64,000 nt of DNA. Origin: an uncultured Myxococcales bacterium (lineage in GTDB: Bacteria > Myxococcota > Myxococcia > Myxococcales > UBA5297). A program made the position numbers and the translations under genes. Shown here piece after piece: positions 29,420 through 39,412 of this stretch. Position 1 is the first letter of the stretch. Each line of letters starts with the position of its first letter. Under the pieces are notes generated by a model. That model did no database searches, was not told where the DNA came from, and worked only from the letters and a program-made list of their open reading frames with translations. The stretch covers positions 15,481 to 79,480 of the forward strand of contig CALEOC010000153.1 of the NCBI GenBank assembly GCA_937910285.1. Reading direction: 5' to 3'.

Positions 29420-30421
29420 TCACATCCCGTCGGCCCTGCGCAGGAACGCGGCCGCCTCCTCGGGCGGGGTCGGGTTGATGTAGAAGCCGCTGCCCGACTC
29501 GAAGCCGGCCACCTTGGTCAAGGTGGGCATCAGCTCGACGTGCCAGTGATAGTGCGCCAGGCCCCGCTGGTTGAGCGGCGAGGTGTGGAGGATGAAGTTG
29601 AACGGCGGGTTCTCGAGCGCCGCGTCGAGCTTGCGCAGCGTCGTGCGCAGCGCGTTGGCCAGGCCGCGAAACTCGCTCTTCTGCGAGTCCTCGAAGTTCG
29701 AGACGTGGTTCTTGGGCAGGATCCAGGTCTCGAACGGCCGGCGGGGTGCCCAGGGCGCGACGACGAGCATCTCCTCGTTCTCGTACACGATGCGCGCGTG
29801 CTCCTTCTTCTCCTGGCGCACGATGTCGCAGTAGATGCAGCGCTCCTTCGACTCGAAGTGCCGGCGCGCGCCCTCCATCTCATCGGTGACCCGCCGCGGG
29901 ACGATGGGCAGGGCGATGAGCTGGCTGTGCGAGTGCTCGAGGCTCGCGCCGGCCGCCTCGCCGTGGTTCTTGAAGATGAGCACGTAGCGAAACCGGGTGT
30001 CGCGCCGCAGATCGCTGATGCGGTCGCGCCAGGCCCACAGGACGTCCTCGACCTCCTTCTCGCTGCTCGAGGCGAGCCCCTTGGAGTGATCGGCGGTCTC
30101 GATGATCACCTCGTGGGCGCCGATGCCGCTCATCTTGTCGTAGATGCCGTCGCCTTCGCGGTTGAGGCTGCCCTCGATCATCAACGCGGGGAAACGGTTG
30201 GGCACCACCCGCAGGCTCCAGCCCGGGCCGTTGGGCCGCGCCGCCCCGGGCCGATAGGCGAGCACCTCGGGAGGGGTGCCCTCCTCGTTGCCGGGACAGA
30301 AGGGACAGAAGCCGCCTTTCTGCTCGACGCGCAGCATTTGGAAATCGGTGGGGCGCTTGGCGCGCTCGGTTGCGATGATCACCCAGCGGCCGATGATGGG
30401 GTCCTTGCGAAGCTCGGGCAT
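29420..30421 (-). CDS. galT: Galactose-1-phosphate uridylyltransferase
   Basis: MPELRKDP, CPFCPGNE, HEVIIE and GASLEHSHSQ catalytic motif. Confidence 0.93.
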   Translation of the reverse strand: MPELRKDPIIGRWVIIATERAKRPTDFQMLRVEQKGGFCPFCPGNEEGTPPEVLAYRPGAARPNGPGWSLRVVPNRFPALMIEGSLNREGDGIYDKMSGIGAHEVIIETADHSKGLASSSEKEVEDVLWAWRDRISDLRRDTRFRYVLIFKNHGEAAGASLEHSHSQLIALPIVPRRVTDEMEGARRHFESKERCIYCDIVRQEKKEHARIVYENEEMLVVAPWAPRRPFETWILPKNHVSNFEDSQKSEFRGLANALRTTLRKLDAALENPPFNFILHTSPLNQRGLAHYHWHVELMPTLTKVAGFESGSGFYINPTPPEEAAAFLRRADGM

Positions 30422-30676
30422 GCGTCCTCCGCGAGAGAGGGGGAGTGTCTGAGTCGTTCTGGCTTGGTCTCTCGCGTTCTCCTGCTCTCGCCGCCCGGCC
30501 GGCACCCCGGACCGGCCCCGCGTTGGCGGGACCGCGCACCTTGGATGACGGCGAAAAGCGTCGAGGCTCGTGCACTAGCATACGCGTCTCGATGTGCGCT
30601 TTGCTCAGGAATTTACACTCTTCCCCCGAGCGGGCGAGCAGGCATCCGGCTCCCCGGCGAGGCAGTCCGACGGTCG

Positions 30677-30711
30677 AGTGAGTTGGAAGTCTTGAGTTGG
30701 GAGTTGGGAGT
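30677..30711. repeat. Degenerate heptamer tandem repeat (GAGTTGG)
   Basis: GAGTGAGTTGGAAGTCTTGAGTTGGGAGTTGGGAG; same unit as at 56280. Confidence 0.6.
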
Positions 30712-30794
30712 GAAAAGCCGGGTTTCCGGCGCGATCTGCTGCGCCACGGCACGATCGCGGAGGGCCGGTTGTCGTGCCGGCCGCCGGAAACTCA

Positions 30795-30957
30795 AGAGGT
30801 GTCGGGAAATCCTCCTTGAGCTCGGCCCGCCCCCTTCGAGCACCTCGAGCGGAGGTCTGGGGGCCCTTCGACTCCGCTCCCGCCGCCCGCGCGTCGGGAG
30901 CTACGCTCAGGGTGGGCGGAAGCGGACGGAGGCGAAGACGGATTTCTCGACGGATCT
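30795..30957. mobile_element. MITE-like element with TCA target duplication
   Basis: TCA|AGAGGTGTCGGGAAATCC...GGATTTCTCGACGGATCT|TCA; the right TCA is the stop codon of the PP2C gene. Confidence 0.8.
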
Positions 30958-32577
30958 TCAGACGGCGAGCAGGACGAGCGCCGTGATGTTGTCGGCTCCG
31001 AGGCTCTCGTCGGCGAGGCGGCACAGGCGCGCGGCGATCTCCGAGGGCTCGTCACCGAGCGCCAGCTCGCGGGCGATGAGCGCCTCGGCGTTCTCGCCGA
31101 GGCAGTCGGGCACGCCGTCGCTGCACAAGAGCAGCCGGTCTCCGGCGCGCAAGTAGATTTCGGTCACCTCGGGCTCGAGGCTTCGCGAGGTGATTCCGCC
31201 CTCGGGGTCGAAGAAGAAGCTGCCGACGCTTTGGGTGAGCGCGCCCAGTGCTCCCGGGTCCGGCAGCGCCCGCGGATCGCGCCCCGCCTGCAGCAGCTCG
31301 GTGCGCAGGTCCTGATCCACGGTCATCTGCTCCAGCGCGCCCTCGCGCAGCAGGTAGAGGCGGCTGTCGCCCAGGTTCGCGACGGTGAGCTTGTCGCTGT
31401 CGAGGATGCACAGCACCGCCGTCGAGCCCGGCGGATGGGTCGAGGGCCCGAGCGAGCCGACGAAGATCGGCTGCTTGAGAAAGGCGTAGATGCGCGCATT
31501 TGCGTCCTCGAGCATCGCCTCGAGCGCCGCCTTGGCCCACTCGTCGGGCAAAGGGCCTTTGTGCGTGCGCAGGATCTCACCGACCGCGCCCTCCCACGAG
31601 TCGCGCACCGCCTCGCGCACCATCCCCGAGGCAAGATCCCCCGAGCCGACGTCGGCGGTCGAGACCCCGTCGGCGACGAGGAGGATTCCGCGGCGCGAGG
31701 CCGCATCCAGGCCGATGTACCAGGCGTCCTGGTTGACCGGCATCGCCTGCCGCTTGATGCGCCCGATCTCGCTCGCCGCCCCGACGCTGACGCCCTCCGG
31801 GCTCGCGCCCTTGGGAACTGTCCGGGCGCGAAGGTCTTCGGCGAACGCGCGACAGCTCTCGTGGCGCGCCTGCATCGAAGCCGCGCTCGCCCGCGAGAGC
31901 ACGGTGGCCACGCCGTGCGGGAGCGAGCGGCGGTAGACCCTCGGCAGCGGGAGGTCGCCGCGGTGAGCGGGCAGCCGTCCGGTGAGCAGGCCGTAGGCGA
32001 GCATGCCGAGCCCAAAGAGATCCGAGCGCGGGCCGCCGTTCGAGCCGCCGGCCACTTCGGGAGCGCTGAAGAGGTTCAGCTCGCGGTCGGACGCCTCGCC
32101 GGCCAAGCGCAACCGGTCGGGCTCCTCGAGCTGTAGCGATCCGTCCGCCGCCAGGCTGAACATCGCCGGCGCGAGGTGTCCGAAGAAAAGCCCGGCGTCG
32201 TGCACGCGCTGGAAAAGGGCCACCAGCGACTCGACGAGGCTCACGTCCCACAGCGCGAGGCCTTCGCGCCGCCTCAGGAGCCACTCGAGGCTCGGGCCGG
32301 GGGCCTCCCGCAAGACGAAGAGGGCGCGACCCTCGCTCTCCTGCCTGGCACACGGCGCGGCGACGCCGGGGATCTCGAAGGCGCGCACCAGCGCGGGCGG
32401 GACTGCGTCGGCGGGCAGCTCGAGGACTCGATGCGCCGCTCCGCTGGCCTCTCGCCCCTGGCGCCACCAGCCCTGCGCCTCGAGGCTACGGGCGGAGCCC
32501 AGCGTCAGCTCGAGGGCGTCGATCTGGATCCGGCTTCCCGCTTCGAGCGCTCGGAGCGACTTCGGTCTGGTCGTCAT
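30958..32577 (-). CDS. Pseudokinase fused to a PP2C-family phosphatase
   Basis: Degenerate kinase lobe (SAPE, SDLFGLG; no HRD or DFG); PP2C motifs NQD, VADG, NLGDSR, LCSDG, DNIT. Confidence 0.85.
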   Translation of the reverse strand: MTTRPKSLRALEAGSRIQIDALELTLGSARSLEAQGWWRQGREASGAAHRVLELPADAVPPALVRAFEIPGVAAPCARQESEGRALFVLREAPGPSLEWLLRRREGLALWDVSLVESLVALFQRVHDAGLFFGHLAPAMFSLAADGSLQLEEPDRLRLAGEASDRELNLFSAPEVAGGSNGGPRSDLFGLGMLAYGLLTGRLPAHRGDLPLPRVYRRSLPHGVATVLSRASAASMQARHESCRAFAEDLRARTVPKGASPEGVSVGAASEIGRIKRQAMPVNQDAWYIGLDAASRRGILLVADGVSTADVGSGDLASGMVREAVRDSWEGAVGEILRTHKGPLPDEWAKAALEAMLEDANARIYAFLKQPIFVGSLGPSTHPPGSTAVLCILDSDKLTVANLGDSRLYLLREGALEQMTVDQDLRTELLQAGRDPRALPDPGALGALTQSVGSFFFDPEGGITSRSLEPEVTEIYLRAGDRLLLCSDGVPDCLGENAEALIARELALGDEPSEIAARLCRLADESLGADNITALVLLAV

Positions 32578-32889
32578 GGGCTCGGGATTCTAGCGGGCAG
32601 GCCTTCCCCGTGGGCGCTTTTAGTCACTTGTGGTCCAGCCCCCCTGCCAGCCGCCGAAGCGGCGCCGCCCTCGCCGTCGGCTCAACGAGCGGGCGAAGCC
32701 GGCGCGGGCCCTTGGCCTGCGGCGAAAAGGTCGCACGGGTGGCGTCGGCGCGCGGGCGGCCGAGGGTTTCTTGCCTGCCCTACAGGCCTCAATGTGTAGA
32801 ATCGAGCGTTGGTCCTCCCCGGCCGCCACCGGGGTCGCCGCTACGCCGGCGCACGCGGGAGGGCCCTCTTCGCTTTGGGAGCGCTCGAG

Positions 32890-33804
32890 ATGGCTATGGA
32901 AACCGTGCTGGGGGGCTATCAACTGCTCGACCGCATCGCGACCGGTGGCATGGCCGAGGTCTATCGGGCGCAGGCGGGAGCGGGCACGCAGAAGTCGGCC
33001 GAGGAGCCCGACCAGGTTGTCCTCAAGCGCCTGCTGCCCAACTTCCGCGCCGAGCGCGCCTTCATCAGCCTGTTCGTGGAGGAGGGCAAGCTGTGCGTGC
33101 GCCTCAAGCACGCCAACGTGGTGCGCACCTACAAGGTTTTCAAGAAGGCGACCGACTACTTCATGGTGCAGGAGCTGGTGGACGGAAAGAGCCTGGCGCA
33201 GATCGCCGAGGCGGCCCGAAGCCGCCGCGTGCCCGTCTCGATGCCCGCGGCGGTCTGGGCTGCCCACGAGCTGCTCAAGGCCCTCGAATACGTCCACAAG
33301 GTTCGCCACGGCGAGGGCGCCGCGCCGATCGTCCACTGCGACATCAACCCCGCCAACGTGCTCGTCTCGAAGGCCGGCGAGGTGAAGCTGACCGACTTCG
33401 GCGTCGCGCTCGCCGAGGGCACTCCGGCGCACGGCGAGGGGGGCGCGCTGCGCGGCACGATCACCTACATGTCGCCCGAGCAAGTGCTCGGCAAGCCGAT
33501 GGACAAGCGGGCCGACCTCTTCTCCGCCGGCGTCATCCTCTGGGAGCTGCTGACGAACCAGACGCTCATCGACCCGGGGAGCGAGTACGAGGCGATGCAG
33601 CGCGCCCGCGAGTGCCGCGTCCCCCTGCTCTCGACGGTTCGCCAAGACCTGCCCGAGCTGCTCGTCCAGATCGTGCGCAAGGCCTGCTTCGCCGACCCCG
33701 CCTTGCGCTTCCAGGACGCGAGCGAGTTTCTCAAGGCCCTCGAAGTGCTCTCGCGGCGCGCCGGCTTTGCGCTCTCGCCGGAGTCGCTCGCGCCCGAGGC
33801 ATGA
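32890..33804 (+). CDS. Hanks-type Ser/Thr protein kinase
   Basis: GGMAEVY, VLK, HCDINPANV, DFG, YMSPEQ and DLFSAG motifs. Confidence 0.93.
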   Translation: MAMETVLGGYQLLDRIATGGMAEVYRAQAGAGTQKSAEEPDQVVLKRLLPNFRAERAFISLFVEEGKLCVRLKHANVVRTYKVFKKATDYFMVQELVDGKSLAQIAEAARSRRVPVSMPAAVWAAHELLKALEYVHKVRHGEGAAPIVHCDINPANVLVSKAGEVKLTDFGVALAEGTPAHGEGGALRGTITYMSPEQVLGKPMDKRADLFSAGVILWELLTNQTLIDPGSEYEAMQRARECRVPLLSTVRQDLPELLVQIVRKACFADPALRFQDASEFLKALEVLSRRAGFALSPESLAPEA

Positions 33805-34493
33805 AGAGCCCTCGAGAAATCCTCCATCGCCTCCGTCCGCCTCCGCTCACCCCGAGCGTAGCTCCCGACGCGCGAGCGCCGGGAGCGGAGTCGAAGGCCC
33901 CCTCGACTTCGGCCTCGCAGGCCCGGCCTACGCTTGGGCCTCTCGACTTCGCGCGAGGTGACCGGAGAGGGCGGGCCGCGTTCGAGGAGATCTCCCGACG
34001 CCTCTCGAGCCGGCCCGGCGGATACCGGCGCGCCAGGGTGCTCGCCCTGGGCGTTCTGGTGCTGGGCGCCTGCGCGCCCGCGCCGCACGTCCTGTCGCGC
34101 CGGCCCGAGCCGAGCGCCAGGGTGGAGCTCATCCGCGTCGAGGCCTTCGAGCGCCAGCGCGCCCGGCTCGAGGCGCTGCTCGTCATCGACAACCCAGGGG
34201 CGACGCTGACCGTCCAGGAGGCCGACTTCGAGGTCCTGCTCGACGCGCGCAGCTTCGCCACCGGCACGGTTCGCCTCCGCGCGGAGGTGGCGGCGGACGA
34301 AAAAGCGACGCTCTCCCTGCCCGTCGCGCTCGCCTTCCTCAACCTTCCGCGCCCGGTGCGCGAGCGGGCCGAGCGCGAGGAGCCCGTGCCGCTCGTCGTG
34401 CGCGGAGCGCTCCATGCCGTCAGGGCCGGCGAGAGGCTGGCCATCGAGTTCGACGGCGAGACCGAGCTGCGCCTGGAGTCCGACCTCGACTGA
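33801..34493 (+). CDS. LEA type 2 family lipoprotein with an in-frame MITE-derived N-terminal extension
   Basis: ATGA overlap with the kinase; lipobox VLGAC; IDNPG motif typical of LEA_2; the first ~68 codons derive from the repeat. Confidence 0.7.
   Translation: MKSPREILHRLRPPPLTPSVAPDARAPGAESKAPSTSASQARPTLGPLDFARGDRRGRAAFEEISRRLSSRPGGYRRARVLALGVLVLGACAPAPHVLSRRPEPSARVELIRVEAFERQRARLEALLVIDNPGATLTVQEADFEVLLDARSFATGTVRLRAEVAADEKATLSLPVALAFLNLPRPVRERAEREEPVPLVVRGALHAVRAGERLAIEFDGETELRLESDLD
33805..34005. mobile_element. MITE-like element (201 bp) inside a coding frame
   Basis: TGA|AGAGCCCTCGAGAAATCC...GATCTCCCGACGCCTCT|CGA; core closely matches the copy at 59623. Confidence 0.8.
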
Positions 34494-34589
34494 CCCATCG
34501 CGGCGCGCGTCCGGCCGGCAAGAGGCTGGCTCGCCGCGCGCCAATCCGCTAGGAATCCTCCGCTTCACCGCCTTCGACAGGGAGACGCC

Positions 34590-35117
34590 ATGGACCTGAT
34601 TGCCAAGACCAAGCTTTCCTTCCCCCGTGACCTGGTTTTCAGCACCTACCGCGATCACCTCGCCGACACGGTCCCGTTCCTTCCGAACGTCTCGTCGATC
34701 ATCGTGCAGGAGCGCAGCGAGGAGGCCGAGGTCGTCAAGCTCGTCAACCTGTGGACCGCAAGCACCGAGATCCCGTCGGTCGCCAAGAAGTTCCTCAAGC
34801 CCGAGATGCTGCAGTGGACCGACCGGGCGCAGTGGGACGGGCCGAAGTGGGAGTGCCGCTGGCACATCGAGACTCACGCCTTCCCGGGCTTGGTCGATTG
34901 CAAGGGCGCGACGACTTTCCACGAGGACGGCAGCGGCACCGAGCTGCGCATCGCGGGCGAGCTCGTGCTCAACCTCGAGAAGGCGCACATCCCCAGGCTG
35001 TTCGCCGGCACGGTGCGCCCGGTCATCGAGAAGGTGGTCGTCGGCGCGCTCACCCCAAACCTGCTCAAGACCGGAGAGGGCATCGAAAAGTACCTGCAGG
35101 CGAAGAGAGGGGCGTAA
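34590..35117 (+). CDS. START/SRPBCC-like (DUF2505-like) protein
   Basis: GGAG RBS, 175 aa, strong codon bias, alternating helix/strand pattern. Confidence 0.65.
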   Translation: MDLIAKTKLSFPRDLVFSTYRDHLADTVPFLPNVSSIIVQERSEEAEVVKLVNLWTASTEIPSVAKKFLKPEMLQWTDRAQWDGPKWECRWHIETHAFPGLVDCKGATTFHEDGSGTELRIAGELVLNLEKAHIPRLFAGTVRPVIEKVVVGALTPNLLKTGEGIEKYLQAKRGA

Positions 35118-35122
35118 CAGCA

Positions 35123-35202
35123 GTCGAGAGTCGACGGCCCGGGCACCGCCCGGAACCAAAGCGATCGGCCGCAGGTTGGTAGGGGCGCATGGCAATGCGC
35201 CC
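35123..35202 (+). repeat. Composite repeat ending in a GTAG-type REP palindrome
   Basis: GTCGAGAGTCGA, a CCGGGC...GCCCGG hairpin, then GTAGGGGCGCATGGCAATGCGCCC (35179-35202), identical to 45849-45872. Confidence 0.8.
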
Positions 35203-35500
35203 GTCCCCGCAGGCCCCGGAGCCGCTTGCCCGCGCGGGTTCCCGTCGTCGCCTGCCCTGCGCTTGGCCGCATGAGGTCCGGTCTTCAGGACGAGCTGGCG
35301 CATGGCCGACGGCCCGTGGCGAATGCCGCGCCGGTGGTCGATTCCTGGCCGGGCGCACCGCTGTGCATCCCTCCCGGAGCCGACCGGGCGCATCGCGACG
35401 CGCGGCCGGGCCCCTCGCGGCGCTGCCGAGCCGGGCCCCCTTACTCGCGACTCAAGACTCAATCCTCCCAGAACTTCCACCAGCCACAGGCTCGCGCTGC

Positions 35501-36055
35501 TCAGAAGCTCGTTCCCAAGGTCAGGCAGCCTGTCAGCAGGTGCCCGCCACCGCCCTCGTAGACCGAATTGCCGAGCAACGTGACGTACCCGAGCTTCAAG
35601 CCGACGTCGAGCGCGTCGGCGTGCAGCATCAGCCCGGCGGCCACGGGTATCTCCGCGGTCGTGTCGCCCCGGTAGCGCGGCCCGGCGTCTCCACGCGCGA
35701 GGGTGAGCCTCGAGACCCCCGCGCCGATCTCGACGAACGGCTCGACGCTCCGCCTGCCCGGCGACAGCCGTGCCCTCGCGCTCGCGCCGTCGCGCACGAG
35801 CAGCGGCGGCGCCTCTTCGCCGGGGACCGAGAGCCGGTTGAGGCTTCCGGAGTAGGCGAATCCGACCGAGAGCCACGAGGTCGCGCGTGCCTCGGCGTGC
35901 ACCCCCCAGCTCGCCCCGGCTTTCAACGTCCCGCCAAGAGCGCCGGTGTAGCGGCTGACCCCTCCCTCGACCCCGAGCGACAGCTCGAGCCCCTTTGCTG
36001 CCACCGGAGCGGACCACAGCAGCAGCGCCGCCGACAACACCACGCGCACGAGCAT
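35501..36055 (-). CDS. Outer-membrane beta-barrel protein
   Basis: Signal peptide, VEPFVEIGAG, terminal Phe; paralogous to the upstream gene. Confidence 0.75.
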   Translation of the reverse strand: MLVRVVLSAALLLWSAPVAAKGLELSLGVEGGVSRYTGALGGTLKAGASWGVHAEARATSWLSVGFAYSGSLNRLSVPGEEAPPLLVRDGASARARLSPGRRSVEPFVEIGAGVSRLTLARGDAGPRYRGDTTAEIPVAAGLMLHADALDVGLKLGYVTLLGNSVYEGGGGHLLTGCLTLGTSF

Positions 36056-36114
36056 CACGCCTCCCCTCGAAACCCCCGGGGCTCGGCCGCGCCTCGGCCG
36101 CCCCGCTCGCGCCT

Positions 36115-36729
36115 TTAGAACCTGGCGCCAAGCTCCACCCGCCCGTTCCACATCTTCGCCCCGCTCGTCGCCGTGGGCCCGAGCTGCTGGGCGAAAAGGA
36201 ATCCAAGCTCGCCTCGCGCCCCGAGCAACCAGGTGCCGAGATGAAAGCCAACCCCCGCCCCGAGCGGCACGACGCCGAAGACGTCGTCGCCATAGCCCGA
36301 GGCCACGGGGACATCAGAGATGCTCGCGAACGAGACGCCAATCCCGCCGTACAGGTACGGCTCGACCCGCGAAGGGGTCAGCGAGAACTTCACGTTCAAG
36401 CCCACGCCGTTGCGCACCATGCGCCCGCCCTCGAAGCGCGGGTCGGTAAGCGCATTCGAGGCGCCGCTGTACGCCAGCTCGACGCCCATCCTGTTGAGCG
36501 GCTGGGTGCCGACGACGACGCCCCAGGCGACCCCCGGGTTGACCCGCGGCGCGAGCCGGCCCGAATAACCCTCGACACCGCCAAGCACGCTGAGCTTGGC
36601 GCCCTTGACCGGCGAGGGCTCAGGCCGCCTCAGCTCCTCAGGCCCGATTGCTCCCTCGCTTGCGAGGACCGCGGCCGGAGACCCTGACAGGGCCAACGCG
36701 AGCAGGCCCGCCATCAGTCTCTTCGACAC
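36115..36729 (-). CDS. Outer-membrane beta-barrel protein
   Basis: Signal peptide, VEPYLYGGIG, terminal ELGARF. Confidence 0.8.
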   Translation of the reverse strand: MSKRLMAGLLALALSGSPAAVLASEGAIGPEELRRPEPSPVKGAKLSVLGGVEGYSGRLAPRVNPGVAWGVVVGTQPLNRMGVELAYSGASNALTDPRFEGGRMVRNGVGLNVKFSLTPSRVEPYLYGGIGVSFASISDVPVASGYGDDVFGVVPLGAGVGFHLGTWLLGARGELGFLFAQQLGPTATSGAKMWNGRVELGARF

Positions 36730-37361
36730 GAAGGCCCCCCGAGCCCGGAAGTCTCCTTTTCGAGAAATCTGGGGCCCACTTCAAACCGTGCAAGCGAGGC
36801 CTGTCGCGCAACGCATGCACGGGAAGCGGGCCTCGAGCGCACCGCGACAAACCCTGGCCGCCCCGGAGCAGGGCAAGCGGTCCATGGCTCCTCCTGCGCG
36901 CGTGCTCGGCCGCTGCGACAGGCTTTGGCGAGGCACTCATTGGGGACACACGGCTCGAGCGTCGGCTGACGTTTCCCAGGCGGCTCCGGGCGCTCGCTGC
37001 AGGCAGAGAGGAGCTGCTCGCCAAGGGCAAGCTGGAGGGCAAACGGATGCGCCCTCGAGGCGGAGGCCTTCCTCGGCGCGCTGCTCATCGCCCCGCGCGA
37101 CAACGCGAAGCTCGACTCGCCTTTCTACTCGTCCACCTCGCCCGCGCTGCTGCGCGAGGGATGGCCCGGGGAAGGTGCGCTTCTCGGCTCGAGCGACGCG
37201 ACCCGAGTCCGGGCACTTCGCACCGGCACTCGGAGGCCGGGGTTTCTTCGCGCCCACCGGCCGACGAAGCCCGCGTCTCGATGAGGACGGGGGTCTTCGC
37301 GCCCGCGAGCCGAGAGAGAGGCCAAGGCCCAAGACACAGCCGCGCCTGACGCGCGGCGCGG

Positions 37362-37889
37362 TCAGCGCTTGCTCATCCCCCGCTGCTCCTTCAGGCGCAG
37401 ATACTCGTCGTAGTGCCGACGGGCTTCCTCGAGCTTGCCGCGGATCTCGGCACCGACCTCGGAGATCGCCGAGGCGACCAACCAGGCACCCGGCGTCACG
37501 GGGTTCGGCCAGCTCGAGCGGCCCTGGTCCACCTGCACTTCCTGCTCGTCGCCGACCGAGCCATGCCGATGCCCCGCCCAGCGCACCCGGCAGCGCAGCG
37601 TTCCCTGGTAGGTGACGAAGAGGGCCAGGACCACGCTCTCGAAGAACAGCGCTTCCCGGTCGTCGAGGATCTCGATCTCCTCGGGCACAAAGGCCTCTCC
37701 TCGCAGCGTCAAGAGCACGCGACCGCCCTGGGCCTCGATCCTCAGCTCGCGTCCGGCCAGCTCAGCCTTGGCGCTTGCTCGCTCGGCGCCATGGCTTCCG
37801 TCGAACCAGTCGACCAGCTCCCGGACGTCTTCGCCCGGAACCTCGAGCTTCATCTCCAGGACTTCGCAATCGTACAAGTACTTTCCCAT
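37362..37889 (-). CDS. Hypothetical protein
   Basis: Normal composition and GC3 bias from MGKYLYD onward; no recognised motif. Confidence 0.65.
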   Translation of the reverse strand: MGKYLYDCEVLEMKLEVPGEDVRELVDWFDGSHGAERASAKAELAGRELRIEAQGGRVLLTLRGEAFVPEEIEILDDREALFFESVVLALFVTYQGTLRCRVRWAGHRHGSVGDEQEVQVDQGRSSWPNPVTPGAWLVASAISEVGAEIRGKLEEARRHYDEYLRLKEQRGMSKR

Positions 37890-38005
37890 CGAGACCCTCG
37901 GCCAGGGCGCGTCGAGCGCCGCCCCTCCTTCAAGCGGCGAGCCGCCACGACAATTCCCGCCCTGCGATTGCCTGCCCAACGCCCTCCCGGTTAGATTCGC
38001 GCGCG

Positions 38006-38731
38006 ATGATGAGGACGATGCTCGCCGCGCTGCTGGCCGCTACCTTGGCGGCGTCTGCCGATTCCTTTGGAGAGCCGGCCGAACAGCCGCTCACGGGTTC
38101 GAGGTGGCAGGCCCTCGATCGAATCGTCGCGGTCGTCGAGAAGCAGCCGCTGCTGCTCTCGGAGCTCGAGCTCGAGGCGCGCGTCGCCTTCATCCGCCAG
38201 GGCGCCGCCCAGGAAGCGCTCGGAGAGCTCTCCGACGAGGACCTGGCGCGCACCCTCGGCTACGTCATCGGCCAGCGGCTCGCCTTCGAAGAGGCCGTGC
38301 GCCTGCAGGTCTTCGAGGTGAGCGACGCGGACATCGCCGCCGCTCTGCGCGACTTCTCGGGCCGCTTCGCGCACGACAAGGCCTACCGCGAGTGGCTCCT
38401 GCTGCACGAGTGCTCCGAGGACCAGCTCGCCGCCATCCTGCGTCGCGACCTGCGCGTCGCCCGCCTGCTCGAGAGCAAGGTGAAGCTCGCCGCTCGGACG
38501 ACCGAGGACGAGATGCGCCAGTTCTACAAGGACCACGCCGCCGACTTCGCCGGCCAGCCGTACGCCCAGGTGCGCGAGGCCATCCGCTCGCACCTGACCC
38601 GTGAGCGCTACCGGGAGCTGACCCGGCAGCTCATCGCCGACCTGCGCGCGCGGGCCGAGGTGCGCCTGCTCGCCCCCTTCGCGGGCGCCGGCGAGCCGCC
38701 CGAAGGTGTCGGCCCAGGGGCACGGCCCTAG
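38006..38731 (+). CDS. SurA N-terminal-domain-like periplasmic chaperone
   Basis: Signal peptide, DRIVAVV...LLLSEL, C-terminal LIADLRARAEV. Confidence 0.7.
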   Translation: MMRTMLAALLAATLAASADSFGEPAEQPLTGSRWQALDRIVAVVEKQPLLLSELELEARVAFIRQGAAQEALGELSDEDLARTLGYVIGQRLAFEEAVRLQVFEVSDADIAAALRDFSGRFAHDKAYREWLLLHECSEDQLAAILRRDLRVARLLESKVKLAARTTEDEMRQFYKDHAADFAGQPYAQVREAIRSHLTRERYRELTRQLIADLRARAEVRLLAPFAGAGEPPEGVGPGARP

Positions 38732-38753
38732 CTTTGAAGCCAAAGGAGCGACG

Positions 38754-39251
38754 GTGAGACGCCCGCAACTTCCCGAGCAGGCGGCCGAGTGCACCGGCCC
38801 GTTCCGACTGCGGCGCTTGGTGCCCGACGACCTCGACGAGGTGCTTCGCATCGAGCAGGCCGCCTTTGCCCACCCTTGGACCGAAGAGCTGATGCGCCGC
38901 GAGCTGACGCACGCCTGGTCGACCATCCTCGTCGCCGAGGAGCCGACCGACGCGGGCGAGCGGATTCGCGGCTTCGTCATCTTCTGGCTCGTCCACGACG
39001 AGCTCCACGTCCTCAACGTCGCCACCGACCCGGCCCAACTGCGGCGCGGGGTCGCCAAGGCGCTCATCGCCGAAACCCTCCGGGTCGCCAAGCTCTCGGG
39101 CGCCGCCCTGGCCACCCTCGAGGTCCGGCGCACCAACACCCCGGCCATCAAGCTCTACGAGGAGTTCGGGTTCCGCGTCGTCGGGGTGCGGCCCAACTAC
39201 TACGCCGACGAGAACGAGGACGGGCTCGTCATGCTCCTCGACCTGCCCTGA
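38754..39251 (+). CDS. rimI: Ribosomal protein alanine N-acetyltransferase
   Basis: IEQAAFAHPW, ELHVLNVA, RRGVA, TLEVR..N..A..LY..FGF...G.R.NYY. Confidence 0.9.
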   Translation: MRRPQLPEQAAECTGPFRLRRLVPDDLDEVLRIEQAAFAHPWTEELMRRELTHAWSTILVAEEPTDAGERIRGFVIFWLVHDELHVLNVATDPAQLRRGVAKALIAETLRVAKLSGAALATLEVRRTNTPAIKLYEEFGFRVVGVRPNYYADENEDGLVMLLDLP

Positions 39252-39412
39252 AGTCGCCGCGTCGCCCGGCTTGCCCCCGGGGCCGGGGCGACAGGAAGCG
39301 TCCAGCCGTCTTCTCGCTTGGAATGTCGCCCAAGATGGTTATTGCTTGGCGGTGAACCAAGCCGGGCGCGCCGCCGCGCGCTCTGCGCGCCGCACACGAC
39401 GGAGAGACGACT

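Noticed and set aside
33465-36341. 958-aa minus-strand ORF
   Set aside because: Crosses several real genes and repeats, Arg/Gly-rich, no motifs.
36730-37360. Long intergenic gap (also 15360-15840 and 18545-18985) examined for tRNA or ncRNA
   Set aside because: No tRNA T-loop or cloverleaf pattern or known RNA motif seen; the ORFs there look spurious.
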